From IMG/VR virus record IMGVR_UViG_3300023116_000031, positions 9,823 through 73,822 of that record: a DNA stretch of 64,000 nt. One strand, 5' to 3'. The position numbers were made by a program, and so were the translations under genes. The notes under the pieces are model-generated. The model saw only the letters and a program-made list of their open reading frames with translations. It was not told the DNA's origin and did not search any database. Each line of letters begins with the position of its first letter. The first letter of the stretch is position 1. This document shows positions 25,846 to 35,963 of this stretch, piece by piece. This DNA comes from a virus.

Positions 25846-26419
25846 AGCAAGTCTTACCCGAATTTATCAGAAAACGCAAAAGTATGCTGTTGGCGCAGTA
25901 ACGGCTGAGCGTGGTGGTAGATCCAGGGCCGAGAACAAGGCCAATAACAAGAAAGTTTTAGCCTATCTTCTCGACAAAGGTTACTCGGTCATCAAGGTGA
26001 AGGGTAGCTACATGGAGAATTTCGGAAGTGAAGACGAGCGCGAAGTCGGAGAAGAGTCATTCTTTGTAGCCAATCACAAGGTTGATGGTGATGATGGCGG
26101 AGAGCTTGAGCGCGATCTTATCAAGCTCGGTCGTCTATACGATCAGGATAGTATCCTGAGCGTTCCCTTCGGTAAGAAGGGATACCTATACGGAACGTCG
26201 AAGCGCAGCAACGCCTTTCCTGACTACAATCAGAAGCACGTTGTCGGAAAGCCTGTGTTTGGAGATGCGAAAGGACAGTTCTTCTCTCGTGTTCGCGGCC
26301 GGAAGTTTGCAGTCGAGGCAGCAGAGGAGTTGGAAGTTCCGAATACTCGTAACGGTAAATGGGCAATGAGTCTAATGGCCGTTGAAGTGAGAAATGCAAT
26401 GAATAACCTTGAGGAGTGA
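25829..26419 (+). CDS. Hypothetical protein with short capsid-targeting-like leader
   Basis: MKTLLE|ASL.R; G.Y.E, E.SFFV, G..Y.QDSI motifs. Confidence 0.7.
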   Translation: MKTLLEASLTRIYQKTQKYAVGAVTAERGGRSRAENKANNKKVLAYLLDKGYSVIKVKGSYMENFGSEDEREVGEESFFVANHKVDGDDGGELERDLIKLGRLYDQDSILSVPFGKKGYLYGTSKRSNAFPDYNQKHVVGKPVFGDAKGQFFSRVRGRKFAVEAAEELEVPNTRNGKWAMSLMAVEVRNAMNNLEE

Positions 26420-26859
26420 TAGTGCGTTATTATAGAATGTTTGATGAAGTCGAGCATCCCTCGCTCGCAACCGCTGGTTCAGCCTGTGTTGATATTAGAG
26501 CATATTGTCCGAATGGTTCTTACATCATTGATCCAGGGCAGAGACTTTTAATTCGCACCGGGCTCATTTTTGACATTCCCGACGGGTATAGCATTCGGCT
26601 TCATCCTCGGTCGGGATTGTCTATTAAGAACGGCATCACACTTATCAACGCAGAGGGTGTGATTGACTCTGATTATGTGGAAGAAGTGAAGATTCCTATC
26701 ATCAATCTTGGGCATCATCAGTTTACCGTTAATCATGGAGAGCGTGTATGTCAGGCTGAGCTTGTCGAAAATTACATTGCGTATCCTCAAGAGATCATGG
26801 AACCTCCTGCGCGGAAGACAACTCGGGCGGGAGGATTTGGTTCTACAGGAGTAAACTGA
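26416..26859 (+). CDS. dut: Trimeric dUTPase
   Basis: GSA..D, PRSGL, G.IDSDY, ER..Q, R.GGFGSTG. Confidence 0.93.
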   Translation: MIVRYYRMFDEVEHPSLATAGSACVDIRAYCPNGSYIIDPGQRLLIRTGLIFDIPDGYSIRLHPRSGLSIKNGITLINAEGVIDSDYVEEVKIPIINLGHHQFTVNHGERVCQAELVENYIAYPQEIMEPPARKTTRAGGFGSTGVN

Positions 26860-26860
26860 T

Positions 26861-27586
26861 ATGATTATGGATGGGCGGCCGCCGACGACAACACCGCTTT
26901 ATCGAAAACCAGAGACGCGAATCATCAACAAGGTATTTCTTCATTGCTCTGCTTCGGGTCTTCCTGAACATGCTCGTGTTGATGTGATTGATATGTGGCA
27001 TCGTAAGCGAGGGTTTGATGAGATCGGCTATCACTACTTCATTGATTTTGAAGGAAAGATATGGCATGGTCGAGACATTGAAAAGAAGCCAGCAGCACAG
27101 AAGGGGCACAACACAGGATCAGTTGCGATTTGTTTGGCAGGATTACGACAGACAGACTTTCGTTTAGTTCAGCTCGATTCATTGATTCACTTGTGTTACG
27201 AGATCAATCACGCACACAACGGCAATGTTACCTTTCATGGGCATTGTGAAGTATCAAACAAATCGTGCCCAGTCTTTGATTACAAACATTATCTAAAGCT
27301 CGATGCTGATGGTGTGCTTGGAGGAAATAGAACAGACATTACGGCTGCACTTGAACTGTTCGATACCGGAGTTGCGATTGTTCAACTTCAGCGGCAACTA
27401 AATCATTGGTTAGGTTCCAATGGAAAACGAATGGTTCATGTTGATGGCGTGTTTGGTAATGAAACTGCTCAAGCAGTTATTGATTTTCAAATTGCAAACG
27501 ACTTGCCACCAACAGGCAGGGTCGATAGTTTAACGAAGCTACAGCTTCCGATACTTGTATATCATGGAGGACAAGAAAATGAGTGA
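26861..27586 (+). CDS. N-acetylmuramoyl-L-alanine amidase endolysin with C-terminal PG-binding domain
   Basis: T7-lysozyme-like FLHCSA, IGYHY, GH.....K.CP; LQRQLN...DG.FG..T..AV..FQ. Confidence 0.88.
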   Translation: MIMDGRPPTTTPLYRKPETRIINKVFLHCSASGLPEHARVDVIDMWHRKRGFDEIGYHYFIDFEGKIWHGRDIEKKPAAQKGHNTGSVAICLAGLRQTDFRLVQLDSLIHLCYEINHAHNGNVTFHGHCEVSNKSCPVFDYKHYLKLDADGVLGGNRTDITAALELFDTGVAIVQLQRQLNHWLGSNGKRMVHVDGVFGNETAQAVIDFQIANDLPPTGRVDSLTKLQLPILVYHGGQENE

Positions 27587-27857
27587 AGTGAAAGTGATTC
27601 ATCCTATCAGCGGGTCCGCTCCGATCATTGCCAAAGTATCAAAACTTCATCGAGATGAGTATTATACACTTGAAAATCCTCTTTCGTTGGTGTATTATAA
27701 AGACGAAGAGAACAAAGAAAGAGTTAGTGTTATCAATATCCTTGTATATGCCAAAGATAAAAAGGTAGATATAAGAGCCGATCATATTCTGTTCATCTAT
27801 GAACCTTCGGATGAAACTCTCGAATTTTACAACAAGAAAGTGATTGATGTCGGTTGA
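27579..27857 (+). CDS. Small Sm-like hypothetical protein upstream of g43
   Basis: Position and L.NP..L...P...YN pattern. Confidence 0.6.
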   Translation: MSEVKVIHPISGSAPIIAKVSKLHRDEYYTLENPLSLVYYKDEENKERVSVINILVYAKDKKVDIRADHILFIYEPSDETLEFYNKKVIDVG

Positions 27858-30354
27858 CAGACTTTACACTAGCGTAGAAAACTTCAAAGGGAAGCTACTC
27901 TATCGCGGTTACGAGGATGGGCGACGGGTTCAGCAGCGTGCTAACTTCAAGCCCACTCTATATGTCCCGTCTAACGAACCTACCGGATGGCAGGCGTTGG
28001 ATGGGACTTTCGTGCTTCCGCGTCCTCAAGAGAGCATCAAAGCGTCTCGTGATTTCATCGACCGCTATAAGGGAATGTCTAACTTCAATGTGTATGGCAA
28101 CATTCCCCCGCAATACGAGTTCATCAACAAAGCATTTCCCAAGACGATTGATTACAATGCTGATTTGATTCGTGTAGCGTATCTGGACATCGAGGTTGAA
28201 ACCCGAAACGGATTTGCTGAACCCGCTGATGCGGATCAGCCGATTACTGCTATCTCTCTAAAGAGTGCTGGAAAGTATTACGTCTTCGGTCTGAAGGACT
28301 ATGACGTTCGACAGGGTAATGTTGAGTATTACCTTGCGGAAGACGAAGAGGATCTTCTTCAGCAGTTCATTGCGACATGGCGTGCTTTGGATGTGGATGT
28401 TGTGACTGGATGGAATGTTCAGTTCTTTGATATTCCATATCTGGTCAATCGTATTACGAATGTGTTTGATCTGGATACCGCGCGAAAGCTGTCTCCATGG
28501 GGGCACTTCACAACGCGCAACGCGATCATTCATGGACGTGAACAAATGGCTATGACACTTGTTGGAATTGCCATTCTTGATTATCTTGAGCTTTATAAGA
28601 AGTTCACCTTCACGCAGCAATCGAGCTACAAGCTGAACCATATCGCATATATCGAGTTGGGGCAGGAGAAGGTTGACTACTCCGAGTATGGCACTCTACA
28701 TGATTTGTATGACAACGACTATCAGAAGTTCATCGACTACAACATTCAAGACGTTGAGCTTATCGAGCGGCTTGAAGCAAAGATGAAGTTCATTGAGCAA
28801 GCCTATGCTCTGGCTTACTCTGCGAAAGTCAATCTCAACGATGTGTTCTCGCAAGTGCGTATGTGGGATGTGATGATCCACAACTATTTGATGGAGCGCC
28901 ACATTGTCATTCCGCAAAAGAAGGAGTCCAAGAAGGATGAAAAGTATGCGGGTGCTTATGTCGCTGAACCCATTACTGGTATGCACGACTGGGTTGTGAG
29001 TTTCGACCTTGCGTCTCTGTATCCGCATTTGATTATGATGTATAACATTTCGCCGGAGACATTGACTTCACATACCGAGAAAATTAGCATTCAGGATGTG
29101 ATTGATCGCAAGGTATCGTTCAAAAACTCGGATGTTTGTGTTGCTGCGAATGGTCACACATTCCGGCGCGATGTTCGTGGATTTCTCCCTGAGATGATGC
29201 AGATGTTGTATAATCAGCGCAAGGAATACAAGCGGTCGATGATTGAAGCAGAGCAGGAGCTTGTTGATTGTACCGGTGGGCTGGCTGAACGTGATGCGAT
29301 CAAGAACAAGATCGCGAAGTTCAAAAACTTTCAGCTTGCTAGAAAAGTTCAGCTCAACTCAGCTTATGGCGCTTTGGGGAATCAATACTTTCGCCACTAT
29401 GATCTGCGACAAGCAGAAGCGATCACAATGTCCGGGCAGCTTTCTATTCGTTGGATCGCGACTCGATTGAATGAGTTTCTGAACAAAGCATGTGGAACAG
29501 AGGACAACCAGTTCGTCATCGCGGGTGACACAGATTCGGTTTATCTGAATCTCAAGCCTGTAGTGGATAAGTTCTACGGCGACAATCTCCCTGAAACAAG
29601 CAAGGTCATTGATTTCCTTGACAGTCTGTGCCAGAAAAAGATCCAACCTTTCATTGACAAGTCGTATCAGGAGTTGTCCGATACGATGAATGCCTATGAA
29701 CAGAAGATGGATATGGAACGAGAGGTCATCGCGGATCGTGGAGTGTGGGTCGCCAAGAAGCGTTACATGCTCAACGTCCATGATAGCGAAGGTGTGCGCT
29801 ACGATGAGCCGAAGCTGAAGATCATGGGTCTGGAAGCAGTCAAGTCTTCGACTCCGGCAGCTTGCCGGGACAATCTCAAGAAAGTGATGCGACTGATTCT
29901 GACCCATACCGAAAGCGATGTGATTGATTTCATTGAAGCGTTTCGTAAGGAGTTCAAGACGTTGCCTTTGGATGATATTGCGTTTCCTCGTGGCGTTAAT
30001 GGTCTGCGAAAGTATCGGTCAGCAGATACCATTTGGAAGAAAAGCACTCCGATTCATGTCAAGGGAGCATTGATATATAATCACATGCGCGAGGAGCGTG
30101 GTGTTGCGAAGAAGTATGAAGAGATTCGTGACGGCGACAAGCTCAAGTTTGTTCATCTTCGTGAACCGAACGAAGCCATGGCTCCGGTCATCTCGTTCCC
30201 TGATGAGCGCATTCCGGCTGAGTTTAATCTAAGCAATGTGATCGACCATGACACTCAGTTCGATAAGGCGTTCGTCGAACCGTTGAAAATCATTCTCGAT
30301 ACGATTGGATGGCAAACAGAACGCAAATCCACTTTGGAGGCATTCTTCTCGTGA
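27847..30354 (+). CDS. g43: Family B DNA polymerase gp43
   Basis: Exo DIEV, FDIPY; pol SFDLASLYP, K..LNS.YG, GDTDS, KKRY; no intein visible. Confidence 0.97.
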   Translation: MSVDRLYTSVENFKGKLLYRGYEDGRRVQQRANFKPTLYVPSNEPTGWQALDGTFVLPRPQESIKASRDFIDRYKGMSNFNVYGNIPPQYEFINKAFPKTIDYNADLIRVAYLDIEVETRNGFAEPADADQPITAISLKSAGKYYVFGLKDYDVRQGNVEYYLAEDEEDLLQQFIATWRALDVDVVTGWNVQFFDIPYLVNRITNVFDLDTARKLSPWGHFTTRNAIIHGREQMAMTLVGIAILDYLELYKKFTFTQQSSYKLNHIAYIELGQEKVDYSEYGTLHDLYDNDYQKFIDYNIQDVELIERLEAKMKFIEQAYALAYSAKVNLNDVFSQVRMWDVMIHNYLMERHIVIPQKKESKKDEKYAGAYVAEPITGMHDWVVSFDLASLYPHLIMMYNISPETLTSHTEKISIQDVIDRKVSFKNSDVCVAANGHTFRRDVRGFLPEMMQMLYNQRKEYKRSMIEAEQELVDCTGGLAERDAIKNKIAKFKNFQLARKVQLNSAYGALGNQYFRHYDLRQAEAITMSGQLSIRWIATRLNEFLNKACGTEDNQFVIAGDTDSVYLNLKPVVDKFYGDNLPETSKVIDFLDSLCQKKIQPFIDKSYQELSDTMNAYEQKMDMEREVIADRGVWVAKKRYMLNVHDSEGVRYDEPKLKIMGLEAVKSSTPAACRDNLKKVMRLILTHTESDVIDFIEAFRKEFKTLPLDDIAFPRGVNGLRKYRSADTIWKKSTPIHVKGALIYNHMREERGVAKKYEEIRDGDKLKFVHLREPNEAMAPVISFPDERIPAEFNLSNVIDHDTQFDKAFVEPLKIILDTIGWQTERKSTLEAFFS

Positions 30355-30599
30355 GTTACTATATGATGATCAGCAAAGACAACTGCCCATATTGCGTAAA
30401 AGCAAAGGCGTTGTTCAAGACGTATGATGTTCCCGTTGATGTGCTGAATGTTCCTGATGATCTTAGTCGGGATGAGTTCATCCATATATTTGAAGGTATG
30501 GAACAACCTCTGACTGTTCCGAAGGTATATGCTGGAAATGAAGTGATCGGCGGATACCGAGAATTGGTTGAATATTTTAGGGAGCTTGGTGAAAGATGA
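30351..30599 (+). CDS. Glutaredoxin (NrdH/NrdC-like)
   Basis: CPYC, TVP, IGGY. Confidence 0.88.
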   Translation: MSYYMMISKDNCPYCVKAKALFKTYDVPVDVLNVPDDLSRDEFIHIFEGMEQPLTVPKVYAGNEVIGGYRELVEYFRELGER

Positions 30600-31630
30600 G
30601 TTTTTTCAAAGACATTACACGGTCGATCAGTAAGATCAATCCTGATGTAAATGAGTTCGGTGATGTTGAAGCGTGGGTGGATACTGGTTCGTATGTGCTG
30701 AATGCTCTTTTGAGCGGAAGCATTTATGGTGGCATTCCAAATAACAAGATCGTCGCGCTGGCTGGTGAGAGTTCTACTGGTAAGACGTTTTTCACTCTGG
30801 GTATTGTCAAACAATTTCTTAAAGACAATCCTGAAGGTGCGTGCTTCTACTTTGAGAGTGAGGATGCCATTACGAAGCAGATGTTGATCGAGCGTGACAT
30901 TGATCCTGATCGTGTTATCTCTGTTCCGGTCGCGACCGTTCAGGAGTTTCGGCATCAAGCTGTTACGATTCTCGACAAGTATCTGGAGGTAGCCGAGAAG
31001 GATCGCCCTCCGATGATGTTCTGTTTGGATAGTCTCGGAATGCTCTCGACGACCAAGGAGATTGAGGATACCGCTGAAGGTAAAGAGACACGAGACATGA
31101 CGCGAGCGCAGCTCGTTCGTGCAACCTTTCGTGTGTTGACGTTGAAGCTCGGTAAGGCTGGTGTTCCGATGATCGTCACCAATCACACCTACGAGACAAT
31201 GGGTATGTTCTCGACGAAGGAGATGAGTGGTGGCGCTGGTCTGAAGTATGCCTCTGACTACATCGTGTTTCTTTCAAAGAAGAAGGAGAAGGATGGAACT
31301 GAGGTTGTTGGAAACATCATTCATTGTCTGAACAAGAAGAGCCGATTGACCAAAGAAAATATGATGATTGATGTGTTGCTTCGCTACGATAGTGGTTTGT
31401 CGCGACACTATGGGCTTCTTGAGTTGGCTGTTGAAGCTGGTGTGTTCAAGAAGATGTCAACCAAGTTCGAGCTGCCTGATGGAACAACCCAGTTCGGCAA
31501 GACGATCCTAAAGAACCCGGAGAAGTATTTCACAAAGGAAGTGTTGGATGCGATCGACGGCGTTTGTAAAGCGAAGTTCTGTTATGGGTCTGCGATTGTA
31601 GAGGAGGAAACCGATGAGCAAGGTGAGTGA
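30596..31630 (+). CDS. uvsX: RecA-like recombinase UvsX
   Basis: [32 protein letters not shown]. Confidence 0.95.
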   Translation: MSFFKDITRSISKINPDVNEFGDVEAWVDTGSYVLNALLSGSIYGGIPNNKIVALAGESSTGKTFFTLGIVKQFLKDNPEGACFYFESEDAITKQMLIERDIDPDRVISVPVATVQEFRHQAVTILDKYLEVAEKDRPPMMFCLDSLGMLSTTKEIEDTAEGKETRDMTRAQLVRATFRVLTLKLGKAGVPMIVTNHTYETMGMFSTKEMSGGAGLKYASDYIVFLSKKKEKDGTEVVGNIIHCLNKKSRLTKENMMIDVLLRYDSGLSRHYGLLELAVEAGVFKKMSTKFELPDGTTQFGKTILKNPEKYFTKEVLDAIDGVCKAKFCYGSAIVEEETDEQGE

Positions 31631-31973
31631 ACGATACGAGATGGTCCCTGATCTCGATGGCACAGAAGATGCTTGGTGTATTCGTCTGAAAGAAGAGCCA
31701 TTTGAGGGTGTCATTTATCGGTACGGTAAAGTGAAGCTACAGGTAAATGAAGAGAGTGATGATCATTTGACAGCCAACTTCGTCTATGATATTCTTGTTG
31801 TTCCTGAACAGTTACAGGAGCAGACTTTTGAGGATGAAGTCAAGTGGGACTTTGAGAGATTGATCGGAGATATTCTGATGGACATTGTTCAGACCGCGAT
31901 CGACAACTCGGAAGTAACCGAAACAGAAGATGAAGATGGAAACCTTACCATCAAGAGAAAGGTAACTTTTTAG
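31614..31973 (+). CDS. gp40-like head vertex assembly chaperone
   Basis: Synteny between uvsX and g41; G..YRYGKV...F.Y....F...IGDIL. Confidence 0.6.
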   Translation: MSKVSERYEMVPDLDGTEDAWCIRLKEEPFEGVIYRYGKVKLQVNEESDDHLTANFVYDILVVPEQLQEQTFEDEVKWDFERLIGDILMDIVQTAIDNSEVTETEDEDGNLTIKRKVTF

Positions 31974-33355
31974 TGGATAGAGTGGAATACACAATCATTC
32001 GCAACCTGGTCCGTAACGAGGACTTTGCGCGAAAGGTCGTTCCGTTTATTGATCCTGAGTATTTCAGCATCAAGGCGGAGCGAACCATCATTGAACAAAT
32101 CGTTGAGTTCTTTTCGGAATATAATGCGTCCCCAACTCCAGAGACGCTTGCGATTGACTTGAATGAAAAACGTGGAATCACCGAGACTGAGTTCAAAGAT
32201 ATTCAAGAGACATTGAATCAAATCTCTTCCAATGCTCCGGCCCCCGACGCTGACTGGCTCGTCGATACTACAGAGAAGTTCTGTAAGGATCGCGCGGTGT
32301 TCAATGCTGTGCGTGAGAGTATTGCTATTCTGGACGGGCAAGGGCAGGTGACGAAGGAGGCTATTCCCGACATTCTATCGAAAGCTCTGGGTGTTTCTTT
32401 TGATACCAACGTCGGGCATGATTATCTTGAAGACGCAGACGAACGATTTAACTTCTATCACAACACCGAAACGCACATTCCGTTTGACCTTGATTATTTC
32501 AACAAGATCACAAACGGTGGATTGGTTCCGAAAACATTCAATGTTCTGATGGGTGGACCCGGAACTGGTAAGACACTTGTTATGTGTCATATGGCAGCAG
32601 CGTATCTTGCTCAAGGCAAAGACGTTCTTTATATCACGATGGAAATGGCGGAGGAGCGCATCTCTGAGCGTATTGATGCAAACCTGCTGAACGTGCCTAT
32701 CAAGGATATTCAGCACTTGAGCAAAGAAAAGTATGACGAGAAGATCGGGAAGCTGAGAAAGAAAACGGACGGCAAACTAATTGTAAAAGAGTATCCCACT
32801 TCACAAGCTGGATCTGCTCACTTCCGTCATCTGCTCAACGAGCTGAAGCTGAAGAAGGATTGGCAGCCCGAGATTATCTTTGTCGATTATCTCAACATCT
32901 GTATGTCATCTCGTTTCAAGTTCGGAGCAAACGTGAACTCATACACTTATATTAAAAGCATCGCAGAGGAGCTTCGCGGTCTTGCCGTGGAGCGAGAGGT
33001 TATTCTCATCTCCGCAACCCAAGTCAATCGAGAAGGATATGGATCGAGTGACATTGCGATGGAAAATGTATCCGAGAGCTTTGGGCTCCCGGCTACTGCG
33101 GACTTGTTTCTTGGAATCATCACTAACGACGAGCTTCAGCAGTTGAACCAGTTGATGATCAAACAGTTGAAAAATCGCTACAACGACCCTACCGAGAACG
33201 CGAAGTTCGTGGTAGGCGTGGATCGGAGCAAAATGAGACTGTATGATTGTGAGCAATCGGCTCAAAAGGATGTGGACGATGGCCCTGCATTCGATAAGAC
33301 CGAGTTCGGCAGTCGAGAGTCTGGGAGAGATTTTTCTGGGATCAAGGTACTCTAA
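31973..33355 (+). CDS. g41: Replicative helicase gp41
   Basis: GHDY, GGPGTGKT, EMAEE, KEYPT, VDYLNI, SATQ, SESFG, QLK.RY. Confidence 0.95.
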   Translation: MDRVEYTIIRNLVRNEDFARKVVPFIDPEYFSIKAERTIIEQIVEFFSEYNASPTPETLAIDLNEKRGITETEFKDIQETLNQISSNAPAPDADWLVDTTEKFCKDRAVFNAVRESIAILDGQGQVTKEAIPDILSKALGVSFDTNVGHDYLEDADERFNFYHNTETHIPFDLDYFNKITNGGLVPKTFNVLMGGPGTGKTLVMCHMAAAYLAQGKDVLYITMEMAEERISERIDANLLNVPIKDIQHLSKEKYDEKIGKLRKKTDGKLIVKEYPTSQAGSAHFRHLLNELKLKKDWQPEIIFVDYLNICMSSRFKFGANVNSYTYIKSIAEELRGLAVEREVILISATQVNREGYGSSDIAMENVSESFGLPATADLFLGIITNDELQQLNQLMIKQLKNRYNDPTENAKFVVGVDRSKMRLYDCEQSAQKDVDDGPAFDKTEFGSRESGRDFSGIKVL

Positions 33356-33402
33356 ATACGGGTGGAGGATTGATCCTTCACCTTTTGCAAAAGGAGAACA
33401 TC

Positions 33403-33579
33403 ATGGAATGGCTAACAGCTAACATTGGCAACATCTTTCAGATTATTACAGGTGTTGTTGGTATTGCTGCTATCGTTGCGACCATGACACCGAACGACAG
33501 CGATAATGAGCTTATTCAGAAGATTCTGGATTTCGTTAATCTGCTTGGCGCAAACGTCGGTAACGCACGCAACGCATAG
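33403..33579 (+). CDS. Small membrane protein, holin-like
   Basis: MEWL..., TM segment, TP...DN; CTAAATA upstream (33352). Confidence 0.6.
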   Translation: MEWLTANIGNIFQIITGVVGIAAIVATMTPNDSDNELIQKILDFVNLLGANVGNARNA

Positions 33580-33599
33580 CACGAATCTGATTGATTCAC

Positions 33600-33629
33600 A
33601 GCCCGCTATCTTCGGATGGCGGGCTTTTT
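33600..33629 (+). terminator. Rho-independent terminator with UUCG tetraloop
   Basis: AGCCCGCTATC-TTCG-GATGGCGGGCT-TTTT. Confidence 0.88.
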
Positions 33630-33644
33630 CAGGTCCTGCTGTGG

Positions 33645-33652
33645 CATAAATA
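33645..33652 (+). promoter_or_regulatory. Late promoter CATAAATA
   Basis: Immediately after the terminator and before the late block. Confidence 0.7.
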
Positions 33653-33677
33653 GGGGAGGTTATCGGGAGGATTTGTC

Positions 33678-34733
33678 ATGGCAAATTATGGAGCAATAAA
33701 GACTGGAACAGAAATGACCAGTTGGGATTACTATATTCTTGGTAACAAAGATATGCTCAAAAAGACATTCAAAACCGACAAGGCTGGGGACATCCTAGAT
33801 GACCGCGACAGGAAGATCGCCAAATTTGCCAAAGGGGTGAGTCTGAAACTTCTCGACACCGGAACCTATCCAGGGCCAGGAAGGGTTCCTTACGCTAGAG
33901 TCAATCTAGCCGGGACGATTGGATACATCAAGATTTCATGTATCCAAAAACTAACATCAGGAACAACTAAAGTATCGGGTAAAGCTGGAATCCGACCTCA
34001 AGAGAGACAAGAATTTGGTGTGATCGAGGCGATCACCAATTTCTACAATTCATATGGAAAGCCAATCACAATTCTGAACGCGAACAATAAGTATCCCAAG
34101 ATCACAGGGGTAACTGGTGCTAGTAAAAATGATGGAACGAATCAGTATGGAAAAGAACCATATGCTGATGTTTGGGTACACAGGAGAGGGACAAAGTTAG
34201 GGGTTTCAAATAAGGGTGAATCTGCTCCGTCTGTGGCTGGTGGTGGATTGGAGGGAATGTATAGGATGGACGCAGCCTATATGCACAAGATATTCAACAA
34301 AGCACTCAGCGAATCAATGAAATCAGAAGGATTTGAGATCGGATCGCACACAAAATTGTCTGACATTTTCGTTAAGGTTGATTCTACCGATTTCATCAAG
34401 AAGATGTTCGTCGGAACGACGGAGATGGGTGGTCCCGTTGACTATATGTATATCGGTGACATGGATGTTGCATTTGAGGTAGACAGCAAAAAGGGAACTC
34501 TAAAATTCACGAACGGAAACTTCATTTCCGTTGCCACATACGTTCGCGAACACCCTAACATTTACTTTAGAATCAGAAGAAGAGATGTAGGCTTCTACTA
34601 CACAAGTGAGCTTGATGAAAGATTCATGCTGAATGGCAAGGGTCTTCCGTACATTTTCAAAAAAGGCAATACTGCAAGATCACGATTGGTCGTGGTTACC
34701 AAACCGACCGCCGGGTCTTTGGTTATCACATGA
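33678..34733 (+). CDS. PD-(D/E)xK-like nuclease with extra N-terminal (SH3-like) domain
   Basis: ERQE, EPYADV, VSNKGESAPSVAGGG, MGGP..YMY.G.MDV, Y.RIRRR all shared with 1703..2548. Confidence 0.65.
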   Translation: MANYGAIKTGTEMTSWDYYILGNKDMLKKTFKTDKAGDILDDRDRKIAKFAKGVSLKLLDTGTYPGPGRVPYARVNLAGTIGYIKISCIQKLTSGTTKVSGKAGIRPQERQEFGVIEAITNFYNSYGKPITILNANNKYPKITGVTGASKNDGTNQYGKEPYADVWVHRRGTKLGVSNKGESAPSVAGGGLEGMYRMDAAYMHKIFNKALSESMKSEGFEIGSHTKLSDIFVKVDSTDFIKKMFVGTTEMGGPVDYMYIGDMDVAFEVDSKKGTLKFTNGNFISVATYVREHPNIYFRIRRRDVGFYYTSELDERFMLNGKGLPYIFKKGNTARSRLVVVTKPTAGSLVIT

Positions 34734-35638
34734 CATTCAACGACTTCTTGACAGAGAATAATACCTTTCGCGGAGATGCGAATGAGATCGTTCTGGGAGT
34801 TCAGCTCGCAGGATCATGGGATAGTATTATCAACTCATCAGAAGTCAAGAAAGCTCTCAAGGTTCGTCGCGATGCACTCGATCCAGAAGAATACGCAGAG
34901 GAGGAACGCAGAGCGAAGACCATGGCACCCGAGCTGAGAACTTGGTTCGATGAACAAGGTTTCGGTAAGATCAAGACAGTCGAGTGGGTGGGCAGAACGA
35001 CATCTGATTCGCCCAACGCTGTGGATTTGATCGTGACATTTACTGACGGAAAGACATTTGGTGTCTCTGCGAAGAGTACCGGGCAGGGAAGAGAGATTGT
35101 CTATCAGTCAGCAGGGCTTGGTACGATTGACTCTGCGCTCAAGACCAATCTCGTGGACACCCGAAACAGAGCAGAGCAGCGATTTATTGACAAATACAAC
35201 CTATCGGATCAGCCTATTCGCCGGAAGGAAGAGATTCGAGGAAATCCTATTATGACAAAGAAGGCGAACGAAGAGCGCAGCGTAATACTTCGGAACATTA
35301 GAAATACGCTATATCGTAAACTAGACATGCTACCACAACCCAAACTGAAGCAGTTCATTTCCACCCAACTGTTAGGTGATAACACCCATTCTTTGGGTTA
35401 TGTTCAAGTGACGGGGCATGGATCTGGTAAAGTCACGATCACAAATCCGAAGAAGAACGAAAAGCGAACAGCCCTGAAGACACAGAAGGTCGTCATGGAC
35501 AAAAGCGGTAATGACTCAATTACATTCAAAGCAGGGGACATAAATATAGCAAGGGTAAGAATCAAGTATGGTACAGTTCCGCTTGCGACCCCGATTGAAG
35601 TTTCTATTGATCCTTGGTCTATTGTGAGGAGTGAGTAA
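34730..35638 (+). CDS. Restriction-endonuclease-like PD-(D/E)xK protein with capsid-targeting leader
   Basis: MTFNDFLTE|N; GDANE helix; NAVDLIV...FGVSAK. Confidence 0.65.
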   Translation: MTFNDFLTENNTFRGDANEIVLGVQLAGSWDSIINSSEVKKALKVRRDALDPEEYAEEERRAKTMAPELRTWFDEQGFGKIKTVEWVGRTTSDSPNAVDLIVTFTDGKTFGVSAKSTGQGREIVYQSAGLGTIDSALKTNLVDTRNRAEQRFIDKYNLSDQPIRRKEEIRGNPIMTKKANEERSVILRNIRNTLYRKLDMLPQPKLKQFISTQLLGDNTHSLGYVQVTGHGSGKVTITNPKKNEKRTALKTQKVVMDKSGNDSITFKAGDINIARVRIKYGTVPLATPIEVSIDPWSIVRSE

Positions 35639-35959
35639 ATGAGTATTGAATTAGGAAAACATATGACAATCATTACTGGTGTGATTGCAATTATAGGCGC
35701 TCTTTTTGCTAGTGTCGAAGGTTATCGTGCTTTTTTGAATCGCATTGATGAGCTTCACGATCAGATCGCTCGGCTTGAAGAGGTTGAGGAACAACTTGAA
35801 GAGCAAGTCGAGAGGATGGATTATAGACTCACTATTCACAGTAATCGCTGGGCAGCGCATTACGGTCTTTGGGGTGATAGTATTGAACGCAAGTCTATTG
35901 AGACTGGAATAGATGTTCGTGCTTTAAGACCTGTGGGGTCGTCAGAAACATTGGAGTAG
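35639..35959 (+). CDS. TM plus coiled-coil protein
   Basis: N-terminal hydrophobic helix followed by heptads. Confidence 0.6.
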   Translation: MSIELGKHMTIITGVIAIIGALFASVEGYRAFLNRIDELHDQIARLEEVEEQLEEQVERMDYRLTIHSNRWAAHYGLWGDSIERKSIETGIDVRALRPVGSSETLE

Positions 35960-35963
35960 TTCA

